Part shown: piece by piece, positions 25,801 through 35,587 of the stretch | Numbering within the stretch: position 1 is the first letter of the stretch | Layout: every line of letters starts with the position of its first letter | IMG/VR virus record: IMGVR_UViG_3300019776_000961 | Location: 32,001 to 96,000 of that record | Reading direction: 5' to 3' (one strand) | Length of the DNA: 64,000 bases | Source of the DNA: a virus | Notes under the pieces: model-generated | The model's input: the letters and a program-made list of their open reading frames with translations, nothing else | What the model was told of the DNA's origin: nothing | Database searches by the model: none | Program-made: the position numbers and the translations under genes

Positions 25801-26393
25801 TCTATAATTCTGATGACAAGTATTCAACCGATATTATATATTCGCTTACTGCTCTTGACCCAGGCATGCACCACTTTGCTGTACGTGTTGATACATATAA
25901 CGGGGTTAACACACTCTTCATTGATGGTCAAAAAATAGGTATTGTTCAATACCCGCCGAGAAAGTATCACTTCAATAATTTCGGTAATAGACCATTTCTC
26001 GCTGGTACAGCTGTATATAAAAATTCAATTCCATTATTTAACTATCTACAGAAAAAGGAAGGATTAGCTGTAAACCTTACAATGAGTAATGTTCATGTTT
26101 ATAACTCCGCACTTGTGGATGCTGATATCGCAATGCTTGCTCGTGAGCAAATGGGGATTAACGACATACACTTCAACGTACCATGTGGTAGAAGAAATTA
26201 TCTTGAAGAAGTAGAAAGATACTTCAAAGCTACGGTTCCAGGATCAAAATCTACATATTATAATCTAAATATTAAAAATTCAGGAATTTATAATAAAGGA
26301 TTACAAACAGCACTCGGACAGCGTCTTATCACTAAATTAAATGAGTTGGCTCCTGTACATACACAACTAAATAACATTAATTGGATCAACTAA
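22830..26393 (+). CDS. large virion structural protein with LamG-like segments
   Basis: 1187 aa; FTLSFW, HHFAVRVD...LFIDG, VHVYNSAL; late promoter. Confidence 0.6.
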   Translation: MEVVALSSVNYIGLSSSYIDDAKLKINQNIFYTEDGLEIPYVHAYENLNDNTINNFSNLFLTDTKLLSSTFYIEDLKPIEDPGFSTYLITNAIGNITDNSRYLVVQEPGIEENTAICTFTGTQALFDNRYMFDIVFLNGSLCKITHENENITRYLTVDYLGNLIFTKDVQADYLGDLSPQIFYYTYDRNSQYITFCTNVNDIVKVLAYDPATLNFTLNDFITGADVPFTTRSIFRCLPRPTTPNTAYLFDPWVSYKKDLKTNTQNINKESSFQDVKSNLLINNEFYPVTGSEMLVNVLSLKNTSTPENYQSRNNPFQSSKSTLLTGSPINNREYKRLFTGSNQKYGNDNITLGYESYTTDIVLQADNITYFHIPYNFFPFIQLNINDSGLIEAGSIAGDHPLKADKVFKKLTNAESTSPFGVVTDEADGYFLCSWLSGNWDVNTKPVWMDRYYNPSKISFFSALTTNPFQAITYTSQAECLFTSVANILGHVDVFDKPSDLIFEPSAYYAYHHYGKSGVQKYVNSLEPFSISDNFNSYLNTDYTPVITNNLVPSTSAYVFDGNRYAITKSLSAIQNNGQFTLSFWGSNEDWTVPFAEQIIGNYSSDGFGIFNQNIITPTLFVNSITGTYVLNSDLKRIKTIQYGGDTVYNVIKFLHTDDYYVMFNSGNFARYNSIDDAIKNIYDVRLQYAKTIDYTQSTLYVVCSAKQYSTTQSDQFILAIDLPTMTVDDITQDLLNYETAVFANDSNAGWDWNQPAIISLNNASTVDYYDKKLYLTPGVVSRRVDDTIYYLKDGDTIAQWSQITNATVNAVTTAFKSYNSGIIDFNIDFDGNFWILDNNNSYYKFTPAREFVLSGTTTNNSFFNYKIGFTADLINGEYKEQVLLMQQGSLNIPPNPFSNYNYNIITNDTPALNFVTDYGETMYASLYRSLSAPGLLLSILDTKGQVLSSNTYISLTGSSFEPTNSEYLRKIVSVQYPTPSLNVKTVMTNVYNSDDKYSTDIIYSLTALDPGMHHFAVRVDTYNGVNTLFIDGQKIGIVQYPPRKYHFNNFGNRPFLAGTAVYKNSIPLFNYLQKKEGLAVNLTMSNVHVYNSALVDADIAMLAREQMGINDIHFNVPCGRRNYLEEVERYFKATVPGSKSTYYNLNIKNSGIYNKGLQTALGQRLITKLNELAPVHTQLNNINWIN

Positions 26394-28063
26394 TGAATAT
26401 TACAGAAGCAGTAAGTGCAGCAAATATTATATACGACCGTTATCTCGGAGCTACTCTCGCGCTTCCTTTTACTGGTTTTGATACTATAAAAATACAACCT
26501 AATGATGTAGCTATAGCACCTGTAATAAACCAGGCTTTTAGTAAATTATACACAAATTTTCTTTATCTCTACAAATCATCGAGAGTAGCGTCTGATATTA
26601 TACCCATTTCATCTGTAGGAGTTGCGGGAGTTAGTGCTAACTCAACTGATTTCCGCTGGTTTACTAATACCGATGGCTTGAGTACTAGTCAATTTATACC
26701 TCTCTCGACAGCTGTTGTATCAACATCAGCAATGTTTAATTTGTATAACCAGGATCAAATAATAGATATAGCTGTTGTACAGAACCGTGAGTCGAATAAC
26801 TTTTCTATCTTCACCACTACAGGTACTGATATCGTTGTTTATAATTCAGACAATCGATTTTTTAATAATACAATAGATAAAGACCTGTCAATAACACCTG
26901 TATTTAGTGCAAATCAAACATATAAAAATTCAGGTATCTATTGGAAGGGTATTAATGATTTTGCTTTTGGTGAAGAAAACTCTCTTTATGTATTAGATCT
27001 AAGCGCTAATAGAGTTGTAAAATACGATGCTTCTGGTTTTTTGACAGACGATACAGTAATGAAAAATACTCTTACATATGAGGATAGTATGGGTGGTTTA
27101 GGTACATATCTTGATCAAAACATGTTTAACGCTCCTCGCAGTATAGATGTATGTAACTCTGATTTATTTGTACTCGATTCAGGTAATGGTTGTGTAAAGC
27201 GTTATGATAAAGATCTTAACTGGCGCACTACATACCGTCTTTTTAGAGACTTTCTTTCTGCATATCCGGTACATCTATCCCACGATAGTAATGGCAATAT
27301 GTATGTACTTACAACGAATGAAACGATTCTTAGGTACGATAATAATTTTCAAAATAAAACAACTATATATCTTGACAACTTAAGTGCATTTGATAGTATC
27401 TATAAAAAAGTAATATTTTCAAAATATGATCCGAATATATTTTATGCTGTTGCATCAGAGGACATATTTAAACGGCTTGTAAGTGAACCAGATGAAGATG
27501 TAGGTAAGTATTTGTTCTATCTTTACAGAGTAAATACTGAAGAAGTATATACCGGGTTTGACACTATCTCTACTTTTAGCGGTGATATTAATATTGCGTT
27601 TAGTCAAAGTAATGGGGTTGGTAAATTTTCTGCTTGGTTTGATAATTTGAACCTCTTCGATGTACTCAATACAAAAGAATTTGATGTATATTCACTTGAG
27701 GATATAAAAATATCACATGCCGAATATTTACAAAACTGGGTATTCAATAAAGCATTATCAAAGTTAATTCTCAATCATATGAGATTACGAGATCAAATAT
27801 TCGGTAAATTTCTCTCACGTATAGATTCGTACGGCAATATAACATTCCGCGGTACACGTTATTTAACACCTGAAGAATACGCAACAATAAATTATTTTCA
27901 GCAGAACATTACAAATTATATAGGTATGAATGAAATTCTACAAAATAACATCATTAATAGATGTTTAGAGCAAATTTACAATGTACAGGTCGCTATGCTT
28001 AATATTTTACAAGCAGAAGCACAGATAAATTATGACCCAGGTCTCCCTGTATTTATCAATTGA
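26393..28063 (+). CDS. virion protein with NHL/beta-propeller repeats
   Basis: LYVLDLSANRVVKYD, FNAPRSI, LFVLDSGN..VKRYD; TAATG coupling. Confidence 0.6.
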   Translation: MNITEAVSAANIIYDRYLGATLALPFTGFDTIKIQPNDVAIAPVINQAFSKLYTNFLYLYKSSRVASDIIPISSVGVAGVSANSTDFRWFTNTDGLSTSQFIPLSTAVVSTSAMFNLYNQDQIIDIAVVQNRESNNFSIFTTTGTDIVVYNSDNRFFNNTIDKDLSITPVFSANQTYKNSGIYWKGINDFAFGEENSLYVLDLSANRVVKYDASGFLTDDTVMKNTLTYEDSMGGLGTYLDQNMFNAPRSIDVCNSDLFVLDSGNGCVKRYDKDLNWRTTYRLFRDFLSAYPVHLSHDSNGNMYVLTTNETILRYDNNFQNKTTIYLDNLSAFDSIYKKVIFSKYDPNIFYAVASEDIFKRLVSEPDEDVGKYLFYLYRVNTEEVYTGFDTISTFSGDINIAFSQSNGVGKFSAWFDNLNLFDVLNTKEFDVYSLEDIKISHAEYLQNWVFNKALSKLILNHMRLRDQIFGKFLSRIDSYGNITFRGTRYLTPEEYATINYFQQNITNYIGMNEILQNNIINRCLEQIYNVQVAMLNILQAEAQINYDPGLPVFIN

Positions 28064-28092
28064 TAACCATGGGGTTTTAATAAATATTTTCA

Positions 28093-28725
28093 ATGGCTAC
28101 TATTTCTGTAATTAAATTAAAAATACGTAGAGGCACCGATACACAGCGTAAGCAAGTTATTTTCGATAACGGTGAACTTGCATATGTAACGGACCCTGAC
28201 AGTCGTCGTCTTTTTGTTGGTGACGGTGTAACACCAGGTGGGATCAGTGCAAATATGAAGTTTTACCTAGGTAGTTTAACATCACCAGTTTCATTTAACA
28301 AATCACAGGTTGGTGATTTAATTTATAATACAGACAATTCATCACTCTATATACTTTCCGGTGTTAATGGAAGCGGATTTCCTGATTATACAAATCCAAA
28401 TGCTTATTTTAATGTGAGTCCATTAGTTGATAATAAGACAATTGCATATATTGGCGGTAATGTAACTGTTAATACAAACGGTGTCTCTGCAGCACAGCTT
28501 GCCTGGAATGCTCTTGATACAACACAGGGATTCTTTAGACCTTCGTCAACAGCACCCTTTAGAATCAATTACGATAATTATAGTATAAAAATTAATAACT
28601 CACAACAGTTGTATGTAAACCTACCGCTCGTTGATACTACAACACTTCCAAGAACAAATCCTGGTGTTGGATCCAATCTCTTATGGATTGATACAACCGC
28701 AGGCAATGTACTCAAAGTAGCATAA
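28093..28725 (+). CDS. tail protein with Mtd/hyaluronidase-type N-terminal anchor domain
   Basis: IRRGT......DNGELAYVTD...RLFVGDG. Confidence 0.65.
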   Translation: MATISVIKLKIRRGTDTQRKQVIFDNGELAYVTDPDSRRLFVGDGVTPGGISANMKFYLGSLTSPVSFNKSQVGDLIYNTDNSSLYILSGVNGSGFPDYTNPNAYFNVSPLVDNKTIAYIGGNVTVNTNGVSAAQLAWNALDTTQGFFRPSSTAPFRINYDNYSIKINNSQQLYVNLPLVDTTTLPRTNPGVGSNLLWIDTTAGNVLKVA

Positions 28726-28729
28726 TTTT

Positions 28730-30622
28730 ATGGCCTTTCAAATTACAAATGATACAGTAGTAAAGGTACTTGTTCGTAGAGGACAAGATTATGACCGTTT
28801 ACAAACATTACTTACAAGCGGTGAGTTGGGTTACTCTCAAGATACAGGTCGATTATTCGTAGGAGATGGTGTAACGCTTGGCGGTCTTCCTGTTAGTAAT
28901 CTTTTTTACGGTTTTGTAGCTAATAGAGCGAACTACACTACACTTGCACAGCCTGGTGACACATTATTTCAAACATCAGATAACACACTCTACGCTCTTA
29001 ACGGTGTTACCAGTACATGGCAATCATTGCATCCTGTTTTTGGTAACTGGTTTACCAAATATACAAACTATTACGATGTAAATTCAAACGCGCTTGCAGC
29101 CGGTCTTGTATACAGACCAGGTGTAAACAAATCATCAATTTACAGTACATCGAATATACTAGATTTTAATGCTTACTACATGTCATTGTGCGCAGCATAC
29201 TCAAGTTTTTACTTTGGTAACATTTATAATAAAACAGTATCTAATAATTTAGATGCTACCGTAAATGTAGCTCAAAGTCTATTTGTGAATGGTGTTGATA
29301 ATAATCCAAATCAACTTCAAATACTTGCAAAAGATGGTACAGGTAATAGCTTAATACAAGCGACACAGAATTATTTAAACGTTAACGGTCAGACAGGAAT
29401 AAATTTCTACACAAATGGATTTAAGAGTCTAGTACTCAATACAGGTAGTAACTTTGCATTTACACCTTCAGTAACTGGTACATATACATTGCCTAACTAT
29501 GTAGTTAAGGGTATTACACGTTATTACGACCCCGCTTACTATGATAGTAACGTTACTGTTAACGGTAGTCTGTCTGTACTCGGTGATATCTCATATCTAC
29601 AAACAAAGGTTACAACAACAAGTGCGTTGAGTGTAGTGACCACAAGTACAGGGATACCTGCAATGATTGTAAGTCAGCTAGCACCTGCAGCAAATCAAAT
29701 TATTGCTGAATTCAATGGTGCAGTATCACAAACACAAGGTAAGCCTGTTCTTATTGTTCGCGACGGGCCCTTTGTTGGTGTTAACGTTAGCACAGATACA
29801 CTTGGATCAACTACCAACGCAATGTTTGTTGTATCAGGTACAGCTATATTTGGTCAGGATAACGTTTCAGGTACAACAGACTCCTTTATTGTCAAAACAG
29901 GTACCGGTGGTGTTAATTTAACAACAAACGGTGGTGATATTACACATAATACAAATAATAATGTTACATTTACAGCACCTGGTGGTAATGCCGGTCTGTT
30001 TACACAAATTATTAACAATGCAGCTGCTACTGCAGGTGTTGCTCTTCAAATTGATGCTAGGTCAAACACAGAAGGATTTAGATTCCTACCATCTGCATCA
30101 ACAGGAAGCTATAATTCACTCGTTCGATCAGGTGATCAAGCTCTTATTTATTATAGCGGTGCAGGCGCTGATGGTTCTGGTGGCCTTGTTATCGGTCAGT
30201 GGAGTTCATCATCAGAAGGTATAAGAATTGATTCCAATGGTAATGTCGGTGTCGGTATTTATAACCCAAGTTATAAACTACATGTTAACGGTACATTAGG
30301 TGTTTCCGGTAATACAACAATTGCCGGTACAACATATTGTACAGGTGATATTATTGCTTTCTATACTTCTGACGAACGTCTTAAGGACAATGCTAAGCCA
30401 ATTGAATCAGCATTAGAAAAAGTTAAGAAAATTTCAGGCGTGGAATTTGATTGGAACGATAAGCAAAACATACATACCGGTCATGATGTCGGTGTACTCG
30501 CACAACAAATTGAGGCAGTATTGCCTGAAGCGGTCACAACCCGTGAAGATGGGTATAAGGCTGTAAAATACGAAAAAATAATTCCTCTCTTGATTGAAGC
30601 AATCAAAGAGCTAAGTAAATAG
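28730..30622 (+). CDS. tailspike/fibre with Mtd-type N-terminus and peptidase S74 chaperone
   Basis: RRG.......GELGY..DTGRLFVGDG; C-terminal SDERLKDN...GVLAQ.IE.VLPEAV...V.YEKIIPLLIEAIKEL. Confidence 0.88.
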   Translation: MAFQITNDTVVKVLVRRGQDYDRLQTLLTSGELGYSQDTGRLFVGDGVTLGGLPVSNLFYGFVANRANYTTLAQPGDTLFQTSDNTLYALNGVTSTWQSLHPVFGNWFTKYTNYYDVNSNALAAGLVYRPGVNKSSIYSTSNILDFNAYYMSLCAAYSSFYFGNIYNKTVSNNLDATVNVAQSLFVNGVDNNPNQLQILAKDGTGNSLIQATQNYLNVNGQTGINFYTNGFKSLVLNTGSNFAFTPSVTGTYTLPNYVVKGITRYYDPAYYDSNVTVNGSLSVLGDISYLQTKVTTTSALSVVTTSTGIPAMIVSQLAPAANQIIAEFNGAVSQTQGKPVLIVRDGPFVGVNVSTDTLGSTTNAMFVVSGTAIFGQDNVSGTTDSFIVKTGTGGVNLTTNGGDITHNTNNNVTFTAPGGNAGLFTQIINNAAATAGVALQIDARSNTEGFRFLPSASTGSYNSLVRSGDQALIYYSGAGADGSGGLVIGQWSSSSEGIRIDSNGNVGVGIYNPSYKLHVNGTLGVSGNTTIAGTTYCTGDIIAFYTSDERLKDNAKPIESALEKVKKISGVEFDWNDKQNIHTGHDVGVLAQQIEAVLPEAVTTREDGYKAVKYEKIIPLLIEAIKELSK

Positions 30623-30626
30623 GTAT

Positions 30627-31199
30627 ATGGCACAGTTACCATTAGATGGACAGCAAATAAGTGTAAGTCAGATTAATGCTATTCGCGGAGCTGCTAATTC
30701 CAATACATCTTTAAAAACAGCTGAACTAGCAGTAATGGGTGACCCGAGTGCAACCGGTACAGCTAATATTGCAGCTGCAGGTGCTATATGTATGCCAGAA
30801 GAAATTGTTGACGAAACAACGCATGCATTGGCGCAAAATACCACAGGATGGACATACTATGGCCCTGGTCAAGCAGCAGCTTGGGCACCATATAGAATAG
30901 GAGAATTTCGTGCCGGTTACACCGGCAAACCAACTGTAACAGTAAAAACATTGCCATTAGGTACAATAAATAACTGCTCTGTAGTAATAACTGTAGGTGG
31001 CCAATTTGCTGGTACTAACACATATTATTATGCACTACGTGTTAATGGTGGTTCTATCGGCGCTTGGACAGCTATCGCAGGTAACGGTACAACGGTTACA
31101 TTAACCCCGAGAAGTAACGGAACATATACAGCCTTTGTAAGAGATTATCTTAACTGTGGCTCAAATTACGAATTTAGTTCAACAGCTACATACCCATAA
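30627..31199 (+). CDS. tail-fibre-associated protein
   Basis: Follows the S74 spike; ISVSQIN N-terminus and beta-rich C-terminus. Confidence 0.5.
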   Translation: MAQLPLDGQQISVSQINAIRGAANSNTSLKTAELAVMGDPSATGTANIAAAGAICMPEEIVDETTHALAQNTTGWTYYGPGQAAAWAPYRIGEFRAGYTGKPTVTVKTLPLGTINNCSVVITVGGQFAGTNTYYYALRVNGGSIGAWTAIAGNGTTVTLTPRSNGTYTAFVRDYLNCGSNYEFSSTATYP

Positions 31200-31200
31200 A

Positions 31201-32862
31201 ATGATTAGTAAAGAAATATACAATAATATTCTCAAAGCACTTAATAAAATTGCTGTATTTATTACGCTCAACGAAGTCGATGGTCGACAGGTAACATATC
31301 TTGCTACACGTAATAATACCATTATTAACGACTTTAATGCAGTTTTTTCGGCATTTGAATATGGATGCAATGAGGATGAGGAATATATCGAAGTATATGA
31401 ACTACGCTACGATAAGAAAATACGTATTAGTACAGCAGATGTTTCGCATTATACGTTTTACGGCATTCCAACAGAAGTATCACCTCCGGTATATTTGAGT
31501 GAGAGATATAGTGGATTTGTAACAGATGAACAATTAGTTGATTTTCAGCGTAATAGCTTCCTTGCCAAGGTACATCAGGAGAGAGAAGCGGGACACTATC
31601 ATATCGAACAACCTCACACAATACACGATATGTGTAAATTACTAGAAATAAAATATTTCTTTGAAACGGAATTTAATATAAAGCCAGGTGATCATCCGTT
31701 GTTTGATTTTTATAACGAACTGTATCTTGACTACAATATAGCAAGTAATTCGCTTATAGCAGGTGAACTGCGTGAATTATATAAGAGTATGTTTTTCTTA
31801 CCAGCTATTATCGCTTGTCAGGGTGATGAAGGTGTAGATTTCAAGAAAATAGTTGCAAATAATATAGATAAGAGTATCTATCACGGTTTGCGTGAAAAAT
31901 GGATTTCCTATCTCTATACTCAACGTGATAAGTTCCTACAAAAGGCAACAGAGGATAAATCACAACTTGAATCTGTATGTACAAACCGTCTTATAACAGA
32001 GCTCGAACCTTATATCTCTAATGCAGGACCTGTAATAAAGAGTCTGCAAGAGAAACAAGATGAGCTTGGTTATTTTATTGCGTGGTTGGGTACAAAGTTA
32101 TATGTAGGAATGACTGACAGTGTTTCTATACTCGAACAAGCCACTCTCTTTACTACACAATATGACGCTGGCTTACAATTTGAGCATCATAAACCTGAAT
32201 GGACTGATTCGATTAAAAGTGCTTCGACAAAGCTTGAGCTTTTAAAGAGTATTATCGGTGACCGTAGTGATAAGGAAATTATTACTATATGTAATTTGTT
32301 CGTTGAAGCAACGCATGAAGCAATTGCCTTAGGCGATCAGTACGATCTAATTATAGAGACACTTAATAAAGTTGACATAGAAGCTGATCTTGAATACTAC
32401 GATGACTACAGACTCTACCTTAGATATTGGCCGGAAGTATTTCCTGAAAATGCAAGTTTTCATAGTAGCTTGAGACCATTCTCGGTACTTGAGAATAAAG
32501 TAATCAAGTGTTTGTTACAACTCGGTATTGAATTCGACTATGACAGCTTATATCGTAAAAATTACGACTACTATAATTCTTGCATAGATACATTACAAGA
32601 ACAGTGCATAGAAATTTGTAAGGTAAAACGCTTACAACAAATAAAAGATGTTGCAGGTGTAAGAGCAGAACAAATAAGAAGCGAAATGGAAGCCTTTGTT
32701 GTTAATCTTTCAGCGGAAGAAAAAACACAGCTTGATAACGTTCTACAGGAATTAGTGGATTTTGAAAAGTATTCACAAGCACTTAATGATTTAGTAAGAC
32801 TCATTGACGTATTGTCATACTGGCCTGCAGCCTTGCATCCTGCGCCCTCGACAGTATTATAA
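31201..32862 (+). CDS. hypothetical acidic helical protein with internal repeat
   Basis: ATG 31201; two YWP-ending modules. Confidence 0.6.
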   Translation: MISKEIYNNILKALNKIAVFITLNEVDGRQVTYLATRNNTIINDFNAVFSAFEYGCNEDEEYIEVYELRYDKKIRISTADVSHYTFYGIPTEVSPPVYLSERYSGFVTDEQLVDFQRNSFLAKVHQEREAGHYHIEQPHTIHDMCKLLEIKYFFETEFNIKPGDHPLFDFYNELYLDYNIASNSLIAGELRELYKSMFFLPAIIACQGDEGVDFKKIVANNIDKSIYHGLREKWISYLYTQRDKFLQKATEDKSQLESVCTNRLITELEPYISNAGPVIKSLQEKQDELGYFIAWLGTKLYVGMTDSVSILEQATLFTTQYDAGLQFEHHKPEWTDSIKSASTKLELLKSIIGDRSDKEIITICNLFVEATHEAIALGDQYDLIIETLNKVDIEADLEYYDDYRLYLRYWPEVFPENASFHSSLRPFSVLENKVIKCLLQLGIEFDYDSLYRKNYDYYNSCIDTLQEQCIEICKVKRLQQIKDVAGVRAEQIRSEMEAFVVNLSAEEKTQLDNVLQELVDFEKYSQALNDLVRLIDVLSYWPAALHPAPSTVL

Positions 32863-32869
32863 GTGTAAT

Positions 32870-33637
32870 ATGTACGTACATTGCTTCTGGCATGGAGCAC
32901 CTCTGTCTCTTCTTGAACGCTTAACTTTAAAAAGTTTTGCACGCAATGGATTCAAAGTTAAGTTATGGCTATATGACACTAATTGTATAGAAGTTGATAG
33001 TTATATTGAAGGTGCAGAAGTATGTGATGCAAACGAAATAATTCCGTTTGAGCGCATATTTAGCTATAACGGTAAAGGTGATTGTCGTAAAGGTAGCTTA
33101 GGTGGGTTTTCTGATCTTTTTCGCTATTATCTAATATATAAACAGGGTGGTATGTATGTGGATATGGATTCAACATGCTTGAGTAATTTTGATACGTCAG
33201 CTGAATATATTATCAAACCACATAATAGTTGTAAAACCGTAGCTAATTTATTAAAGGCACCAGCTGGATGTCAGTTTCTTAAAAAATGTATCGAACTCAC
33301 TGAACAAAACGTAACTGCTGATAATACAAGTTGGATACTACCGGTGAAAATTTTTAATGATACAGTTGAAGAATTTAATCTGCAAAATTATATAGCTCCT
33401 ATAAATTATTTTGGTAATGATGATCCTGGTATATTGACAAAAATAAAAACTGGTAATTATATAGAGGATAAAAATATATTGCCAAAGTATGTATTACATT
33501 GGTGCAGGGAGGCGTCGTTTGGGGTATGGAATTATAAGGAATTGTTTGACTGGTATAACCCAAAGCCTCTTTCTATATATTATAATCTTCTTACAAAGAA
33601 TGATCTTATTAGATCAAGATTAAGACATTATTTTTAA
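32870..33637 (+). CDS. glycosyltransferase, GT32/DXD family
   Basis: HCFWHG..LS.LE.L..KSF, FSDLFRY.LIY..GG.YVDMD. Confidence 0.85.
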   Translation: MYVHCFWHGAPLSLLERLTLKSFARNGFKVKLWLYDTNCIEVDSYIEGAEVCDANEIIPFERIFSYNGKGDCRKGSLGGFSDLFRYYLIYKQGGMYVDMDSTCLSNFDTSAEYIIKPHNSCKTVANLLKAPAGCQFLKKCIELTEQNVTADNTSWILPVKIFNDTVEEFNLQNYIAPINYFGNDDPGILTKIKTGNYIEDKNILPKYVLHWCREASFGVWNYKELFDWYNPKPLSIYYNLLTKNDLIRSRLRHYF

Positions 33638-34225
33638 TTGTGTACGCAAATCACCGTAAAATTCATACGGCAGATCATCGTTATTGTGATTGAGCTTTTT
33701 AAGCAATCTTAATCCCTTTACTGCAAGATCAGGATGCAGCAACATATTATATCCTTGTACAGTAAACGTTTGTTCGCACAAAGGTGTATCAATTCTTCGG
33801 CCATTATTGCGCGCAAGTTTGAACCACTCATATGCTTCGTAAGAATCGGTCAATATAGCACCGCCGCGACCTATCTTCAAATGCTTTTTGTAATGAAAGG
33901 ACAAGCACATATTTGTACCTGAGTTATACATACCACTTGTAAAGCGTTTGGCAGAATCAATAACGTTTGTAGGCTCGATTTTATATATTCCTTGCCAGTC
34001 GATATCCTTGTAACTGATAGTTATGCCAATATTCATTGCTGCCATAGCAACACCGACATACGTATTAGCAGGTAGAGTGATCTGCTTTACATTACTATAC
34101 TTTAAACTTAATAGAAGTGCACTCGTACAGCTATCTACACAAGCAACATACGGAGCACCGGTATATTCAGCGAGAGCCTTTTCAAATCGCTCGACTTTTT
34201 TATACTCTTTAAGTAGATTTATCAT
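33620..34225 (-). CDS. DegT/DnrJ/EryC1/StrS PLP aminotransferase, short form
   Basis: FEKALAEYTG..Y...VDSCTSAL, IDSA, LSFHYKKHL.IGRGGAILT; 201 aa. Confidence 0.85.
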   Translation of the reverse strand: MINLLKEYKKVERFEKALAEYTGAPYVACVDSCTSALLLSLKYSNVKQITLPANTYVGVAMAAMNIGITISYKDIDWQGIYKIEPTNVIDSAKRFTSGMYNSGTNMCLSFHYKKHLKIGRGGAILTDSYEAYEWFKLARNNGRRIDTPLCEQTFTVQGYNMLLHPDLAVKGLRLLKKLNHNNDDLPYEFYGDLRTQLKIMS

Positions 34226-34260
34226 TGATATTTCCTTATAATACATATAACCTCTTTTTT

Positions 34261-34761
34261 ATGCAACTTATTCCTTTCGACTCTACAAATAATCTACATG
34301 TCGACATTACGTATGAAATTTTGCAGAAAAGATTTGATACCGATTATATTAATATTCAGGATTTCGTTTTGCCCACGCGTGAACAACATATCACTAATAT
34401 ATTAAGTGATAGATACAAGTATTACTACTTAATTGAGTATGATAATTACATTATCGGTATAATTTATATTATTAATCCGAATAACGAGCTTGGCTTCTTC
34501 TTACACGCGATAAATGCAACGACAGCATATCGCAAGAATAAGCACTATCTATATAAAGAGATTGAGAATGTACAACCTGGAGATTCAAAAATTAAAAAGG
34601 TAATATACTTTTATATCAAATCAGCATTTAATAAGTTACGTGAAATGCATCCGGAGTTGACTAAGCTCACATCTAAAGTAAATGTTAATAACGAAGTAAG
34701 TCGTGAAGGTACTGAATATATAGGGTTTAAGCCAAAACATATTTACTATGAGTTTGAATAA
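34261..34761 (+). CDS. GNAT N-acetyltransferase, PseH-like
   Basis: YEIL..R...I....PT.EQH...I.S..Y..YY.I......G.IY.....NELGFF; V..NN..S. Confidence 0.5.
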   Translation: MQLIPFDSTNNLHVDITYEILQKRFDTDYINIQDFVLPTREQHITNILSDRYKYYYLIEYDNYIIGIIYIINPNNELGFFLHAINATTAYRKNKHYLYKEIENVQPGDSKIKKVIYFYIKSAFNKLREMHPELTKLTSKVNVNNEVSREGTEYIGFKPKHIYYEFE

Positions 34762-35587
34762 TATACTACCTATCTGTTACCGGTGTGATAATAAATACAA
34801 GGACTTTCTGCTCACATCTATCCGCTCGGTACTCAAATATTATAAGGGTGATAGGCTAATTAAATTCTATATATGTACGAATGATGATTTGAATCTCGAT
34901 GAACTCGTGCTTCTTAAACATAGATACACGTTTGAATATGAGATAATTAGTGTTAACAGTGATTTTCTTAACAAACACAATATTACTGGTGACCATGCTG
35001 CAGCTCTTTTGAGAAAATTTATTGGGTTTAGCTCTAATACTCTTGCAACCGGTGAGCATAATAAGATCTATACTTTTAATCCCTTTAATAGAAGTAAATT
35101 CATTGTTGCTCTTTGGGTTTTGTTTATAATAACTACAGAACACGAGAAAGTACTATTTCTTGATACTGATACCCTTGTTGTAGATGATATTACAGAGCTT
35201 TTTGAAACTGATGTCAGTAATTACTGTCTTGCGAGTTGTAAAGATTGGATAGACACGAATATTTTTAATCCTTCGGTATCTGTTATTAATATTAAGCGAG
35301 CTAAACAATTATATCTTAAATTCTGTCTACAAATTTCGAAGAAACTGTTGACAAGCGTCTTTACATCACAGAAACCGTTTTGTGATGTCTTTCAGAATGA
35401 TATTATCAATAAGGTTGTTGGTAAAGAATGGTTAGTGCTCAGTCAAGCATGGAATATGCCTGTGACACACATTGATTACTACGATGTAGAACCAAAGATC
35501 TATCATTTCTGTGAATCATGGCGCGGTCTTACCAATGTATCATCTGCTTATACAAAGCTTGTAGCTAAATATCTCACAGAAGGTTAA
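34748..35587 (+). CDS. glycosyltransferase, GT8 family
   Basis: KVLFLDTDTLVVDDITELFETD, FNPSV, QNDIIN, WN, PKIYHF. Confidence 0.85.
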   Translation: MSLNNILPICYRCDNKYKDFLLTSIRSVLKYYKGDRLIKFYICTNDDLNLDELVLLKHRYTFEYEIISVNSDFLNKHNITGDHAAALLRKFIGFSSNTLATGEHNKIYTFNPFNRSKFIVALWVLFIITTEHEKVLFLDTDTLVVDDITELFETDVSNYCLASCKDWIDTNIFNPSVSVINIKRAKQLYLKFCLQISKKLLTSVFTSQKPFCDVFQNDIINKVVGKEWLVLSQAWNMPVTHIDYYDVEPKIYHFCESWRGLTNVSSAYTKLVAKYLTEG

